In this document: positions 8,460-17,375 of the stretch, one piece after another
How positions within the stretch are numbered: position 1 is the first letter of the stretch
Layout of the letters: the number at the start of each line of letters is the position of its first letter
From: Clostridia bacterium
Lineage (GTDB): Bacteria > Bacillota > Clostridia > Christensenellales > CAG-138
Direction: 5' to 3'
Length of the DNA stretch: 64,000 bases
Assembly: GCA_003246365.1 (NCBI GenBank)
Contig: QKAN01000066.1
Location: 5,333 to 69,332, forward strand
Notes under the pieces: generated by a model
The model's database searches: none
Told to the model about the DNA's origin: nothing
Seen by the model: only the letters and a program-made list of their open reading frames with translations
Position numbers and translations under genes: made by a program

Positions 8460-10259
8460 TCAAATGTACCAGTCTCCGCTGCCCATGTCGAGCGCTTCAA
8501 ACGGATCTTTGGGATGCACGCAGGCGTACCATTCGTATCCGTTTGGCGACTCATGCAACAGATTGCACGCGAGTAGCTTTTGCAGCAGTGCGTCGCTCAG
8601 CTCGCCTTTTTGCACCGGTCTGCGGCTACCGAGTGCGTTGATCTGCCCGATCGCATCCGGAATCTCCGCCTGCAGACGGGGCGAAACGAACACCTTCCCT
8701 TCCGCAAGATACAGGTCGTAAGGCCAGCGTTCCGCGCGGTGCGGCGTCAACCCGGAAACGCACATCATCGGCCCGTCGCAAGGAGCGAATCCCGAACCTT
8801 CTTCCGGGCGGAACACCACATCAATATTATAGTAAAAGTGGATGTCGGGTCTTCCGTCGAACATCGGATACGCAATTTTCGCTATGCCGTCCGCATCGGT
8901 CTCAACCGGGGTTTGAATGCTGGCTTCGCTCTGCGGAATCGTGCTGTAGCTTCCGTCTGCATTCCACACCGGATGCGCACGAAACAGCACCTTTTGTCCG
9001 GCAACCGGTTTGCCGCCCGCCGTAAGCCGCGCGGAAAACGCATTGATATAATGCGTCTTCCCTTCGTCCATCTCCCGCCCCAGCGAAAGCGTGCAGCTCT
9101 GCGGCATGCGGTTTTCAACGCGGAACCGGTCGACGCCGATATACATATCCTCCTGCCCGAGCGCCATATCGCCGCCCTTGTGGCCGAAGTTGAGAATCGT
9201 TCCGTCCGCCGCCGCGATCAAAAACGGCTGATACAGGCTTGTCGGCAGTCCGTCCACCTCATACCAATTTTCGCCAAAGTCCGTGCTGGCGGAATACGGC
9301 TTGTTGCGGCGACTGCCAATGATGAGCCCATCCTCCCGCATCACGAGGCTTTCGGGTACAAATCCGCCCATCGGATCTTTCTTCGGATCAGATGGCGCAC
9401 CGCGGCGAATGCCGAAAAATGTGCCGTTGAGATAACTATCCCCTTTGCGCTCAACAAATTGCCTGCCGACCGGTGTCGCCTGCACATCTCCGGCAATAAA
9501 CAGCAATCGCCCATCCGGACATTCGCAAACGTCGTATTCGTGCGCACCGATTCCCGGGAGCACATAGTGCGGGCCTGTAAAGTTGACGCCGTCCTTACTC
9601 GCCAGAAAACAGGTTTGAATCTTGTTGATATATGTTTCTCCCGGTAGCATGGTGTTCCGCGTAGAGCGCGGTTGACCCAGTCCCCAGGGTGTTCCGTACA
9701 GGCAGGTCAACAGCAGCAGCGTGCCGTCTTTTAGTCTGCGCGCACGCCAGAGATACGGCGCGGAGCCTTCCAGTAACACGCCGATTTCGCGCCAGGTTGA
9801 CCCTCCGTCCAGACTTTCGCGCATTTTAATGCCGTCAAACCAGCCTGTTCGCGCATCGTTGATGCGGGGCACGTCATAACCGATGATCCGCCCGTCCGGA
9901 AAGCCGAGGTTACAAAACGAACCTTCTTCCAGCGGGCAGCGGCCAGTTTCCGTAAACGTCTTTCCGTTGTCGGACGAGACCATGTAGACGCGATAGGAAC
10001 GTTCCAGTTCGCTGCCGCACTCGACGGAGCAATATGAAACCGGCGCGCCGACCGCCTCGCCCATCTCCAACCGCGGCGGTTGATAAAACGGGTCGCGTTC
10101 CCGCACGGTCTCTTTATAAGAAAGCCCGATCCGCCCGTCGCCATAGGTAAAACAGGTCGTCCACGCGACAAATCCGGGCCGCACTTCCGGCATATAGATT
10201 ATATTGCGTTCCGCTTGCGTCGCGGTCAGGCCGTGGTGAAACGCTTGTTCCATTGGCAT
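8460..10259 (-). CDS. BNR/Asp-box beta-propeller protein (sialidase-fold) with a C-terminal extra domain, cytoplasmic
   Basis: 599 aa with a GGAG RBS. Asp-box-like repeats SSDNGKTF, SLDGGSTW, SKDGVNF and STDFGENW. No signal peptide or lipobox at the N-terminus (MPMEQAFHHGL). Confidence 0.7.
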   Translation of the reverse strand: MPMEQAFHHGLTATQAERNIIYMPEVRPGFVAWTTCFTYGDGRIGLSYKETVRERDPFYQPPRLEMGEAVGAPVSYCSVECGSELERSYRVYMVSSDNGKTFTETGRCPLEEGSFCNLGFPDGRIIGYDVPRINDARTGWFDGIKMRESLDGGSTWREIGVLLEGSAPYLWRARRLKDGTLLLLTCLYGTPWGLGQPRSTRNTMLPGETYINKIQTCFLASKDGVNFTGPHYVLPGIGAHEYDVCECPDGRLLFIAGDVQATPVGRQFVERKGDSYLNGTFFGIRRGAPSDPKKDPMGGFVPESLVMREDGLIIGSRRNKPYSASTDFGENWYEVDGLPTSLYQPFLIAAADGTILNFGHKGGDMALGQEDMYIGVDRFRVENRMPQSCTLSLGREMDEGKTHYINAFSARLTAGGKPVAGQKVLFRAHPVWNADGSYSTIPQSEASIQTPVETDADGIAKIAYPMFDGRPDIHFYYNIDVVFRPEEGSGFAPCDGPMMCVSGLTPHRAERWPYDLYLAEGKVFVSPRLQAEIPDAIGQINALGSRRPVQKGELSDALLQKLLACNLLHESPNGYEWYACVHPKDPFEALDMGSGDWYI

Positions 10260-10291
10260 TGCTCCTTTTCAGGTTTTTGGATCGAAATTCG

Positions 10292-11437
10292 TCAGCCAAT
10301 TTCCGAAACGGAAACGCTACGGTGTTCCTTTTGCGCGACCAGCGCGGCGGTCAATACGCGGTGGCTCAGCTCCGCCTCGTCCGGCGTAAAGCAGCCAAAC
10401 GGACACGGCAAACCGCGTAACTCGGAAACGAACGCGGCAAACATCTGCAAGAGCGAATCGGAAAAGCCGAACTCAAAGATGCCGCCCGTAATGACCGGAA
10501 ACGCGGGTTTGTTGCCGACGACAAGCCGGCTCCAGGCCTGCTCCTGTCCGTCGTTTTTTGTAAAGTGAATCGCGTTGGGGTCGTCTGTGGAAAACTTTGC
10601 CGAAAGATGGATGCCGTAGATTTCGTATTCTACGGTGTTTGTGCAGCCCGGCGCCATGCGCTTCATTTCGAACGTCAGCGGAAATTCGTCGCCCGCCTCA
10701 TCCACGCCGTTGCAGAGCAAAATCGCATTGTCCCAGGTTTCGCAAGGAACCATGTTTCCGTCCTTGTCCGGCCGCACTTTTGCGATGTTCGCCAGCTGCG
10801 CGGAAACGCGCGCGGGATGTAAACCGAGGCGGAACGGCAGATGGTGCGTGTGGATGCCGAGGTCTCCCATGCACCCGTATTCACCGTTTGCCGAAAGCGT
10901 TCGCTTCCAGTTGATCGGCTTCTTTAAGTCCATGTCGGAGGAATGCTTGATAGCAAACTTTGCCTCGATAATCTGCCCGAACGCCCCTGCTCGATACCAT
11001 TCTACCATCTTTTGTACCGCAGGATAGAAGGGAAACTCACTCGAACAGCGCACCAGAACATCCGGATGCTCCTGCATCGCCTTTTTGATTTCTAAAAACG
11101 CTTCCAAATCCACGCCAAATGGTTTTTCGCCGATTAGGTGTTTGCCTGCGCGAATCACGTCTCCATATACCTTCGCGTGCAGATGATGCGGCACCGCGGC
11201 ATAAACCGCTTCAATTTCGGGATTATTCAGCATCTCCTGATAGTCGTGATAGAAATACTTCGTGTCCGCGTCCCGGCGGAACCAATCCAGATTTGCGTCG
11301 TTCGTATCGCAAGCGGCAAGAATAACAGGCCGCGGCAGATTCTGCGTCAGATGCAGCCAGCGGGATGACGCACTGGCAAATTCGCGTCCCATCAGACCGC
11401 AGCCGATGACGCCAAAGTTGACCGTTTGTTCAGGCAT
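10292..11437 (-). CDS. Gfo/Idh/MocA-family NAD(P)-dependent oxidoreductase
   Basis: N-terminal Rossmann motif NFGVIGCGLMGREF and the EKP block (LIGEKPFG). Its start overlaps the upstream aminotransferase stop by 8 nt. Confidence 0.85.
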   Translation of the reverse strand: MPEQTVNFGVIGCGLMGREFASASSRWLHLTQNLPRPVILAACDTNDANLDWFRRDADTKYFYHDYQEMLNNPEIEAVYAAVPHHLHAKVYGDVIRAGKHLIGEKPFGVDLEAFLEIKKAMQEHPDVLVRCSSEFPFYPAVQKMVEWYRAGAFGQIIEAKFAIKHSSDMDLKKPINWKRTLSANGEYGCMGDLGIHTHHLPFRLGLHPARVSAQLANIAKVRPDKDGNMVPCETWDNAILLCNGVDEAGDEFPLTFEMKRMAPGCTNTVEYEIYGIHLSAKFSTDDPNAIHFTKNDGQEQAWSRLVVGNKPAFPVITGGIFEFGFSDSLLQMFAAFVSELRGLPCPFGCFTPDEAELSHRVLTAALVAQKEHRSVSVSEIG

Positions 11438-12986
11438 TCGTAGTTCCCTCCATTTGAGTCAGACAGGATTGAAAATGTTCCAGCAAAATATCAACCATAT
11501 CGCGCGTAACGATGACGGGCAGTTTTGTCAGCACCGCGGGCGGACAGTTGGGTTTGTAGGTTTGTGCGCTGATATCGATGCAATCGGTGTGCTGCAAACG
11601 GCGGCAGAACGCAACCGCATCCTCCACGCGGAAGAAGTTGAGCGTGCTCATGTGCGCATCACCTTCCACACTGTGGATTAATTTTGGGAATTTCCGCTGC
11701 AATTCCAGCTCGCCTTCGTGATAATATCCGCCGACGTCGGAAACGTGTTCGCCGTTTATCCGCATGAACTCCATCGAAATCAAATACGTCAGACTCGCGA
11801 GTTCTTCCTGCCCGTTGGTAACGAGCGCGCCAAACTGGCTCAGGCAATCGAACGCGCCTGAGAAAAGCAGCTTGCTGGCCGGATAGTTACCGTCCGGAAA
11901 TCCCTTTCCAACGGAAACGAAATCCGGATGAATGCCGTATTTGCGGAAGAGGAACAGTTCGTCGTACCATGCGCAAGACTGAATCTCGTCGCAAAGCACC
12001 GGCGTATCGGTTTCGCGGCAGAGCTGGTAAGCCGCCTGCAAAAACGAGGGCTTGAGCAAAATACCGCCGTAATTCATCATGATGATTTCATGGCAGAATC
12101 CCGCAACCTTATACGGCGGCGTGTTCCAGCGGCGGATGGCTTCGGCAAAGCCTGCCTCGTCGTTAATCGGGACGCCTTCCACACGATAGATGTTCGCATC
12201 CGTCGCTTTCTCGCGCAGCGCCGGCCAGAGGCCGCGCAATGTCTGCGCCCAGATCGTCGTGCCGTGATACCCCGCGGTGATGCCGCCGCTGTTATCCGCC
12301 ATGACGAGAAACACAGGAATCCGGTCGGTATAAGGCGCCTCGGTTTTATCCAGCGGATAGAACCGCGCAAGCATCATCTTCAGCGCGGCTTCCACCGCGA
12401 GCGAACCGGTTTCAATGTTGATCACGCGGTTCATCACGCCAGGCTCGCGCTTTTCCAGAAGCTCTTTCATTGCAGCTTCATCCGAAACATCCAATCCGTT
12501 TGCCGCCGCAATCAAGCTGGCTTCCGTCAAGCGCGTAATATAGCCGCGCGAATTGTTGTGCGTCGCGTTCGCGATGCCGATTTTCTTTGCGTTCTCAATA
12601 AGCCGGAAACCGGGGAAATAATGTCCCAGCGGAATATGGTAATGCTCGCTTTTTCCGGCAAAGTATAACCGCCCGTCCTCGCCAACACGAAAACAGCCGT
12701 AGCCCGCCTGTGGGGCAATTGCGTCGCTATGCGCGGCGCGGAACGCGTCCGTCGGTGCGCCGGACTGCTGTTCGTTGAACACCGGGGCAATCTGTTCCCC
12801 GATCCGGCACATCAGCGTATTCTGTCGCTGAACATATGATTCAGGACAGCAATCGACTTGCTCGTTGGCAATCTCCAGGAGTGCGCGTTCGCTCTCCCCT
12901 GTGAGCGCCGCGTTTGCCGCGCAGGCGTGGCGCACATAGCTCTCTCCGAGCAGATCGGTCAAAGACCGCTTAAAGTTTTGCAGCAT
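11430..12986 (-). CDS. divergent class-III (Aminotran_3 fold) PLP-dependent aminotransferase
   Basis: 518 aa. CDEIQSCAW... and PDFVSVGKGFP match the DE(V/I)Q and catalytic-Lys blocks of class III aminotransferases. It has an N-terminal extension of about 100 aa over typical family members. Confidence 0.7.
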   Translation of the reverse strand: MLQNFKRSLTDLLGESYVRHACAANAALTGESERALLEIANEQVDCCPESYVQRQNTLMCRIGEQIAPVFNEQQSGAPTDAFRAAHSDAIAPQAGYGCFRVGEDGRLYFAGKSEHYHIPLGHYFPGFRLIENAKKIGIANATHNNSRGYITRLTEASLIAAANGLDVSDEAAMKELLEKREPGVMNRVINIETGSLAVEAALKMMLARFYPLDKTEAPYTDRIPVFLVMADNSGGITAGYHGTTIWAQTLRGLWPALREKATDANIYRVEGVPINDEAGFAEAIRRWNTPPYKVAGFCHEIIMMNYGGILLKPSFLQAAYQLCRETDTPVLCDEIQSCAWYDELFLFRKYGIHPDFVSVGKGFPDGNYPASKLLFSGAFDCLSQFGALVTNGQEELASLTYLISMEFMRINGEHVSDVGGYYHEGELELQRKFPKLIHSVEGDAHMSTLNFFRVEDAVAFCRRLQHTDCIDISAQTYKPNCPPAVLTKLPVIVTRDMVDILLEHFQSCLTQMEGTTNA

Positions 12987-12992
12987 GTTTCG

Positions 12993-14387
12993 CTATACCT
13001 CCATGTATTCGATCCCGAGCAAACGCGCAAACAACCTTATGCGCGCGCGGTGCTCGCCATAAACCACCGTTTCATGATGTGTGCCGCCCGCTTCCAACCA
13101 GTTTTGCGCGAGCGTTGCCGCGCCGGAATCCGGTTGGAAAAACAGATATGGCATGTCGATCTTTTTTAATTCCGGCTGTTCGGGCAGCATACCGTGCGCG
13201 CAAACCAGACGGAACCGTTCCCCCTCCAGATGAACGATGCTCAAGAGGCTAGCCCGCCCGGAATCCGGCGCAAAAATCGGCGTCGGCGGATTGCTCAATC
13301 CCCCTTCGTTAAACACGCGATCCATCAAAAACGGTTTTCTGTCCTTGCGGCAGGTTTTCCAATTTCCCTCGCCCGCATGGCAGAGCAAAATGGCATCCCG
13401 TTTGAGATCCATCATGTACATCTCGGAAAAATTCGCCTCTCCGCAGAGTACGCGCATAGCCGCGACCATCGCCGCGCAGCTTGCGTCTCCTTCGGCGGCA
13501 TAGCCGTATCCCTCGGCAAGCAGGTTGCTCGCCGCAAGCAGCGGCAGTTGTTCATATCGGCCATCCGCGCCGAACTCCTCAAAATGTGCGGTGTATCCCG
13601 CGTATCCGTTTTCCTCCACATAACGCTTTAACCCAAGATAGAGCTTCACCGCGTATGCGTGGCGTTCCGGCGGCATCTTCGGGTCAACATCAAACAGCGT
13701 TCTCTCCAGCGCGACGCGATCCGCAATCTCCGCCTGGGTAACCTGCTCGACGCATTTTGTCACCGTGCCGATCGAGTCGTAGATAAACTCCGGTCCAAGC
13801 TTGCGATAAAACGCCATGTCGTCGGTTACTACGTCTCCCATACCGGCAAGCTTTCCGATGATGCCGATGCGCATGGTCTTCATGCGCCGCACAGCGCAGG
13901 CCGCCGCGCCGAAGTCCGCGATAAACGCGGAAAATTCATCACTTTTGCGGCCCCCCGCATAATAGGCGCAGGGAATTCCCGCGCGAAGCAGCGCGTTTGC
14001 GTTGTCCTGCGAACCGTGAATGCCCTGATTGACGGTCAGCTCCAGTTCCTCAAAATCGTCTCCAACCGTTTCATCCGGCTGAATGAGCGCGAGCGCAAGC
14101 GGCAACCGGTTTTCCTGCATAGCGCGGACAAGATACTGACCCTGCGAATAGCTGCAGAGCAAAATTAGAATTCCATCCAGCCCTTCGCGGTTATACGCCG
14201 CCGTCATACGTTCGATATCCGCGCGGTTGAGCGCGAGCGCGTCAAACGTAAACTCCGCCGTGCCGGAAAGATGATCGAGCACTTCGCGCACATACGCGGT
14301 CTGCTGCGCCGTGATACCCGGAAAAATCGGTTCATACGCTTCCAGCATCAGCGCAAGAACACCAATGCGCGGTAAAGTTTGATCCAT
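12993..14387 (-). CDS. L-arabinose-isomerase-like (AraA/FucI superfamily) sugar isomerase
   Basis: Start moved to the ATG at 14387 (GAGGAGGAG RBS 8 nt upstream, 1-nt overlap with the kinase stop). AraA-like blocks IGVLALMLEAY, NQGIHGSQDNANAL and LCHAGEGN. Confidence 0.7.
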   Translation of the reverse strand: MDQTLPRIGVLALMLEAYEPIFPGITAQQTAYVREVLDHLSGTAEFTFDALALNRADIERMTAAYNREGLDGILILLCSYSQGQYLVRAMQENRLPLALALIQPDETVGDDFEELELTVNQGIHGSQDNANALLRAGIPCAYYAGGRKSDEFSAFIADFGAAACAVRRMKTMRIGIIGKLAGMGDVVTDDMAFYRKLGPEFIYDSIGTVTKCVEQVTQAEIADRVALERTLFDVDPKMPPERHAYAVKLYLGLKRYVEENGYAGYTAHFEEFGADGRYEQLPLLAASNLLAEGYGYAAEGDASCAAMVAAMRVLCGEANFSEMYMMDLKRDAILLCHAGEGNWKTCRKDRKPFLMDRVFNEGGLSNPPTPIFAPDSGRASLLSIVHLEGERFRLVCAHGMLPEQPELKKIDMPYLFFQPDSGAATLAQNWLEAGGTHHETVVYGEHRARIRLFARLLGIEYMEV

Positions 14388-15901
14388 CAGAAACACTCCT
14401 CCTCGTCATAAACATGCCTGAGCGCCGAAAACAGCCCGTCAAATCTACGATATCCCTTGTCATATTCAACTCTTGACGCTTCGTTTGGCGCAAACACGGC
14501 GCTCTCTTTTTTCAGCGCATCGGGATAATGCCCCTTGGCAACGATGTCCGCTCCCCAGCCGGCCAGAAGCGCCGCGCCTGCGGAAGAAGCCTCCGTCAGC
14601 GCGGGAACAACCATCTTGCGTCCGGTAATATCCGCGCGCATCTGTGTCCAGAGCGCACTCTTTGCTCCCCCGCCGATGGCGGTAACCGTTTCAGCGGCGC
14701 AACCCTGCTCCCGCAACAGATCTAAAAACAACCGGAGTTCATATCCCGCCGATTCCAGAATCGCACGGACAAAATCCGCGCGCGTGCTTTCCAGCCGCGC
14801 CCCGATAAAACTCGCGCGTGCGGACGGAATCGGTTCCGGATTGACGCAGCCGCACAGATACGGCAAAAACGTAACGCCACCACATCCCGGCTCCGCTTCT
14901 TCTGCTAGGCGGTCCAGCGCGGCGTAATCCTCGCCGCGTTTACCGAATTCCCGCAAAAACCAGGTCAGCGACATGCCGCCCGTGTTTCCAATTGGCAGGC
15001 AAACAAACTGGTCGTCCAGCGCATGGCGGTAAATCGTTATTTTTCTCGTCTGGTCAAACACAGGATTCGCCGAAGCCGCGGCGACCACATGCGCCGTACC
15101 GAGCGTTTCGCAGACGGTACCCGCCCGCGCGCTGAGCGCAAGAACGGCGGCGGTTTGATCCATAGCGCCGGTAAACACCGGTGTTCCCGCGCGCAAGCCG
15201 AGATATTTCGCCGCCTGAGAGGTGAGCTTGCCCGCCTCAACGCCCGACGGAAGGATCTGCGGCAGAATTCCGTCGTCCACTCCTGCCAGCGAAAGCGCTT
15301 GTGTCCAATATGCGCCGCTGTGCACATTCAGCCAGCCAGTGCTGGTCGCGAGGCTTGCGTGCGTTGCGCAGTTTCCCGTCATCCAAAAGCGCAGGTAGTC
15401 TTCCAGCAACAGTATCTTATGCGTGTTTTCCAGCAGCTCCGGCTCGTTGCGTTTCCACCAAAGCACTTTGCTCAGCGGCAGACCGCCGTTGATCTGCGGC
15501 AGTCCGGTCGTTTCATAAAACGTCGCATCGCTGATCGATTGCGCAAGTTCATTTGCTTCCCGTTCCGCGCGTGCATCCAGCCAGACAACCGCGCGGCTAA
15601 GATGTTCTCCGCTTTTTCCCACGGGAATCAGCGTTTCGCCCTGCGTTGTAATGCCGATTGCGGCAATCGATCGCGGCGAGCCGAGCGCGGAAACACACTC
15701 CCGCATGGCGGCGAGATAATCTCCCGGTTCCATCTCCACGCGTCCGTTTTCCGTGCGTGCCTGATAGGATACCGACGCGAGAGAAACAAGCTCCAATTCT
15801 GCGGAAAACAGCGCGGCTTTCAGCGCGCTTGTTCCCGCGTCAAACGCGAGAATGACGCCTTCCTTCTCCTTATGAAACTGTTTTCTATCCGCGCGCATCA
15901 T
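14387..15901 (-). CDS. FGGY-family carbohydrate kinase (xylulokinase/ribulokinase-like)
   Basis: 504 aa. ILAFDAGTSALKAALF (ATPase phosphate-1 motif) and GGGAKSALWTQMRADI (FGGY C-terminal signature). 4-nt overlap with the upstream gene. Confidence 0.85.
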   Translation of the reverse strand: MMRADRKQFHKEKEGVILAFDAGTSALKAALFSAELELVSLASVSYQARTENGRVEMEPGDYLAAMRECVSALGSPRSIAAIGITTQGETLIPVGKSGEHLSRAVVWLDARAEREANELAQSISDATFYETTGLPQINGGLPLSKVLWWKRNEPELLENTHKILLLEDYLRFWMTGNCATHASLATSTGWLNVHSGAYWTQALSLAGVDDGILPQILPSGVEAGKLTSQAAKYLGLRAGTPVFTGAMDQTAAVLALSARAGTVCETLGTAHVVAAASANPVFDQTRKITIYRHALDDQFVCLPIGNTGGMSLTWFLREFGKRGEDYAALDRLAEEAEPGCGGVTFLPYLCGCVNPEPIPSARASFIGARLESTRADFVRAILESAGYELRLFLDLLREQGCAAETVTAIGGGAKSALWTQMRADITGRKMVVPALTEASSAGAALLAGWGADIVAKGHYPDALKKESAVFAPNEASRVEYDKGYRRFDGLFSALRHVYDEEECF

Positions 15902-17043
15902 AGCAAAACCGTCTCCAGCCGTCCGCTTTCCGCGCTGCGTTTTGCCGCGAGGCAGGCCGCAGCGCTGTTGAGCCCGGCGCGTAGATCCGAATTGGGTTTT
16001 TTGCCGTCCATGAGTCCCATAAACTCGAGCGCAAGCGCCTCGTCCCCGCCGAAGTGGGAATGTGCGACGCTCTGGAACGTATGCGTCACGGTTTCCGGCA
16101 GATCATAGCGGTCTTCCCTGATTTCACCGGAGTAAAAATCGAATTCGACGCTTGCATCCGTGCCGATCAACCGGCAGCCGCGGCGCGCGCCGCCTTTTTT
16201 AACGACAAAATTCTGATTATAAGAAACGATCGCGCCGCTCGGCAGGGTGAAGATTACGGATGCGCCGTCTTCGTTTCCCGTGTCTACGGCAAAGCAGCAG
16301 GCATCCCCCGTGACTTCTTCTTTTAAAATATGCTTTACGACATAGCTGGATTCTCGGCAGCTTAGATACGCTTCGCAGTCCGGGCAATGCAACCCGGCCG
16401 GTTTGTTTCCTTTATAATGAAGTTTCGCCGTTCTGGCGAAGGCGTCCTTCGGCGTTTCACCCGTCAGATAGGAAATATAGTCCACATCGTGCGTCGCCTT
16501 CTGCAAAAACAGACCGCCCGTTTCGGTTGGGTCGCGATACCAGCTGTGATAATACACGCTGCCATAGGGAACGTTGTTCACCGCCTGTACCATGGTGATT
16601 TTTCCCAGCAGGCCGCTATCCACAATCCGCTTCATCTCCCGCACCAGAGGGGAAACGCGCAGAGGAAACGAAACCACCGCGCGGTCGGTCTTTCCCTCAG
16701 CCGCTTTGTTTAGGCGCGCATATTGTTCTTCATTGATGCAAACGGGTTTTTCCAGATACAGCGGAATGCCGCTTTCCAGCACCATCGCCGCATAATCCGC
16801 GTGCAGCGAGCAGCGCGTGCCGATGAATATGCCGTCCAGTCCGGGATGATTGAGCAGCGCTTTTGCGCTCTCTACATATTCTGTATTCGCAAAACGTTGC
16901 TCCCCCGCCGTCTCCGCACGGATTTCTTCCGCGCGCGGATCGGTTACCGCCGCGACGCTGATATCCGCTTCGATCACGTCGAACGCTTTCATCATCGTTC
17001 GCGAGCGCAGCCCGTATCCGATAAATCCAATTTTCTTTGTCAT
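15898..17043 (-). CDS. Gfo/Idh/MocA-family oxidoreductase
   Basis: Start set to MTKKIGFIGYGLRSR at 17043 (GGAAGGAAAA upstream). Rossmann N-terminus and the LEKP block. First gene of a six-gene minus-strand operon. Confidence 0.8.
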   Translation of the reverse strand: MTKKIGFIGYGLRSRTMMKAFDVIEADISVAAVTDPRAEEIRAETAGEQRFANTEYVESAKALLNHPGLDGIFIGTRCSLHADYAAMVLESGIPLYLEKPVCINEEQYARLNKAAEGKTDRAVVSFPLRVSPLVREMKRIVDSGLLGKITMVQAVNNVPYGSVYYHSWYRDPTETGGLFLQKATHDVDYISYLTGETPKDAFARTAKLHYKGNKPAGLHCPDCEAYLSCRESSYVVKHILKEEVTGDACCFAVDTGNEDGASVIFTLPSGAIVSYNQNFVVKKGGARRGCRLIGTDASVEFDFYSGEIREDRYDLPETVTHTFQSVAHSHFGGDEALALEFMGLMDGKKPNSDLRAGLNSAAACLAAKRSAESGRLETVLL

Positions 17044-17337
17044 GCTGCCGCTGTTTTCCTTCCCGCGGCTTTCCGGTTGCTCCGGCTGATCCGCTGTCAA
17101 ATACTAGATACCAATCGATCATTAATATTAGCATTTATTAGTAGCTAATTTCGATATTATTCTAACACAAATTATGTAATTGTTAGCAAGGTTTTTTGAA
17201 GTAATATTGACTTATTGAAAATTATTTAGTATGATTCCTTTAGAAAATTGATTTTGAAACGACCAAATTAGCGACTTTTAGCCCGTTTTCGAGGGGCATT
17301 CACGCAAAAAACACGAAAAGCGACATCAAGTCGCGAA

Positions 17338-17359
17338 AACTAATATTAACTAATATTTC
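17338..17359 (+). promoter_or_regulatory. tandem AACTAATATT direct repeat (candidate operator) just upstream of the ABC importer RBS
   Basis: AACTAATATT at 17338..17347 and 17348..17357. The same 10-mer occurs at 5422..5431 in the lacI / pfkB divergent region. A related palindrome, TTAATATTAG, is at 17122..17131. Confidence 0.4.
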
Positions 17360-17375
17360 AATTGGGGGTTACGCG

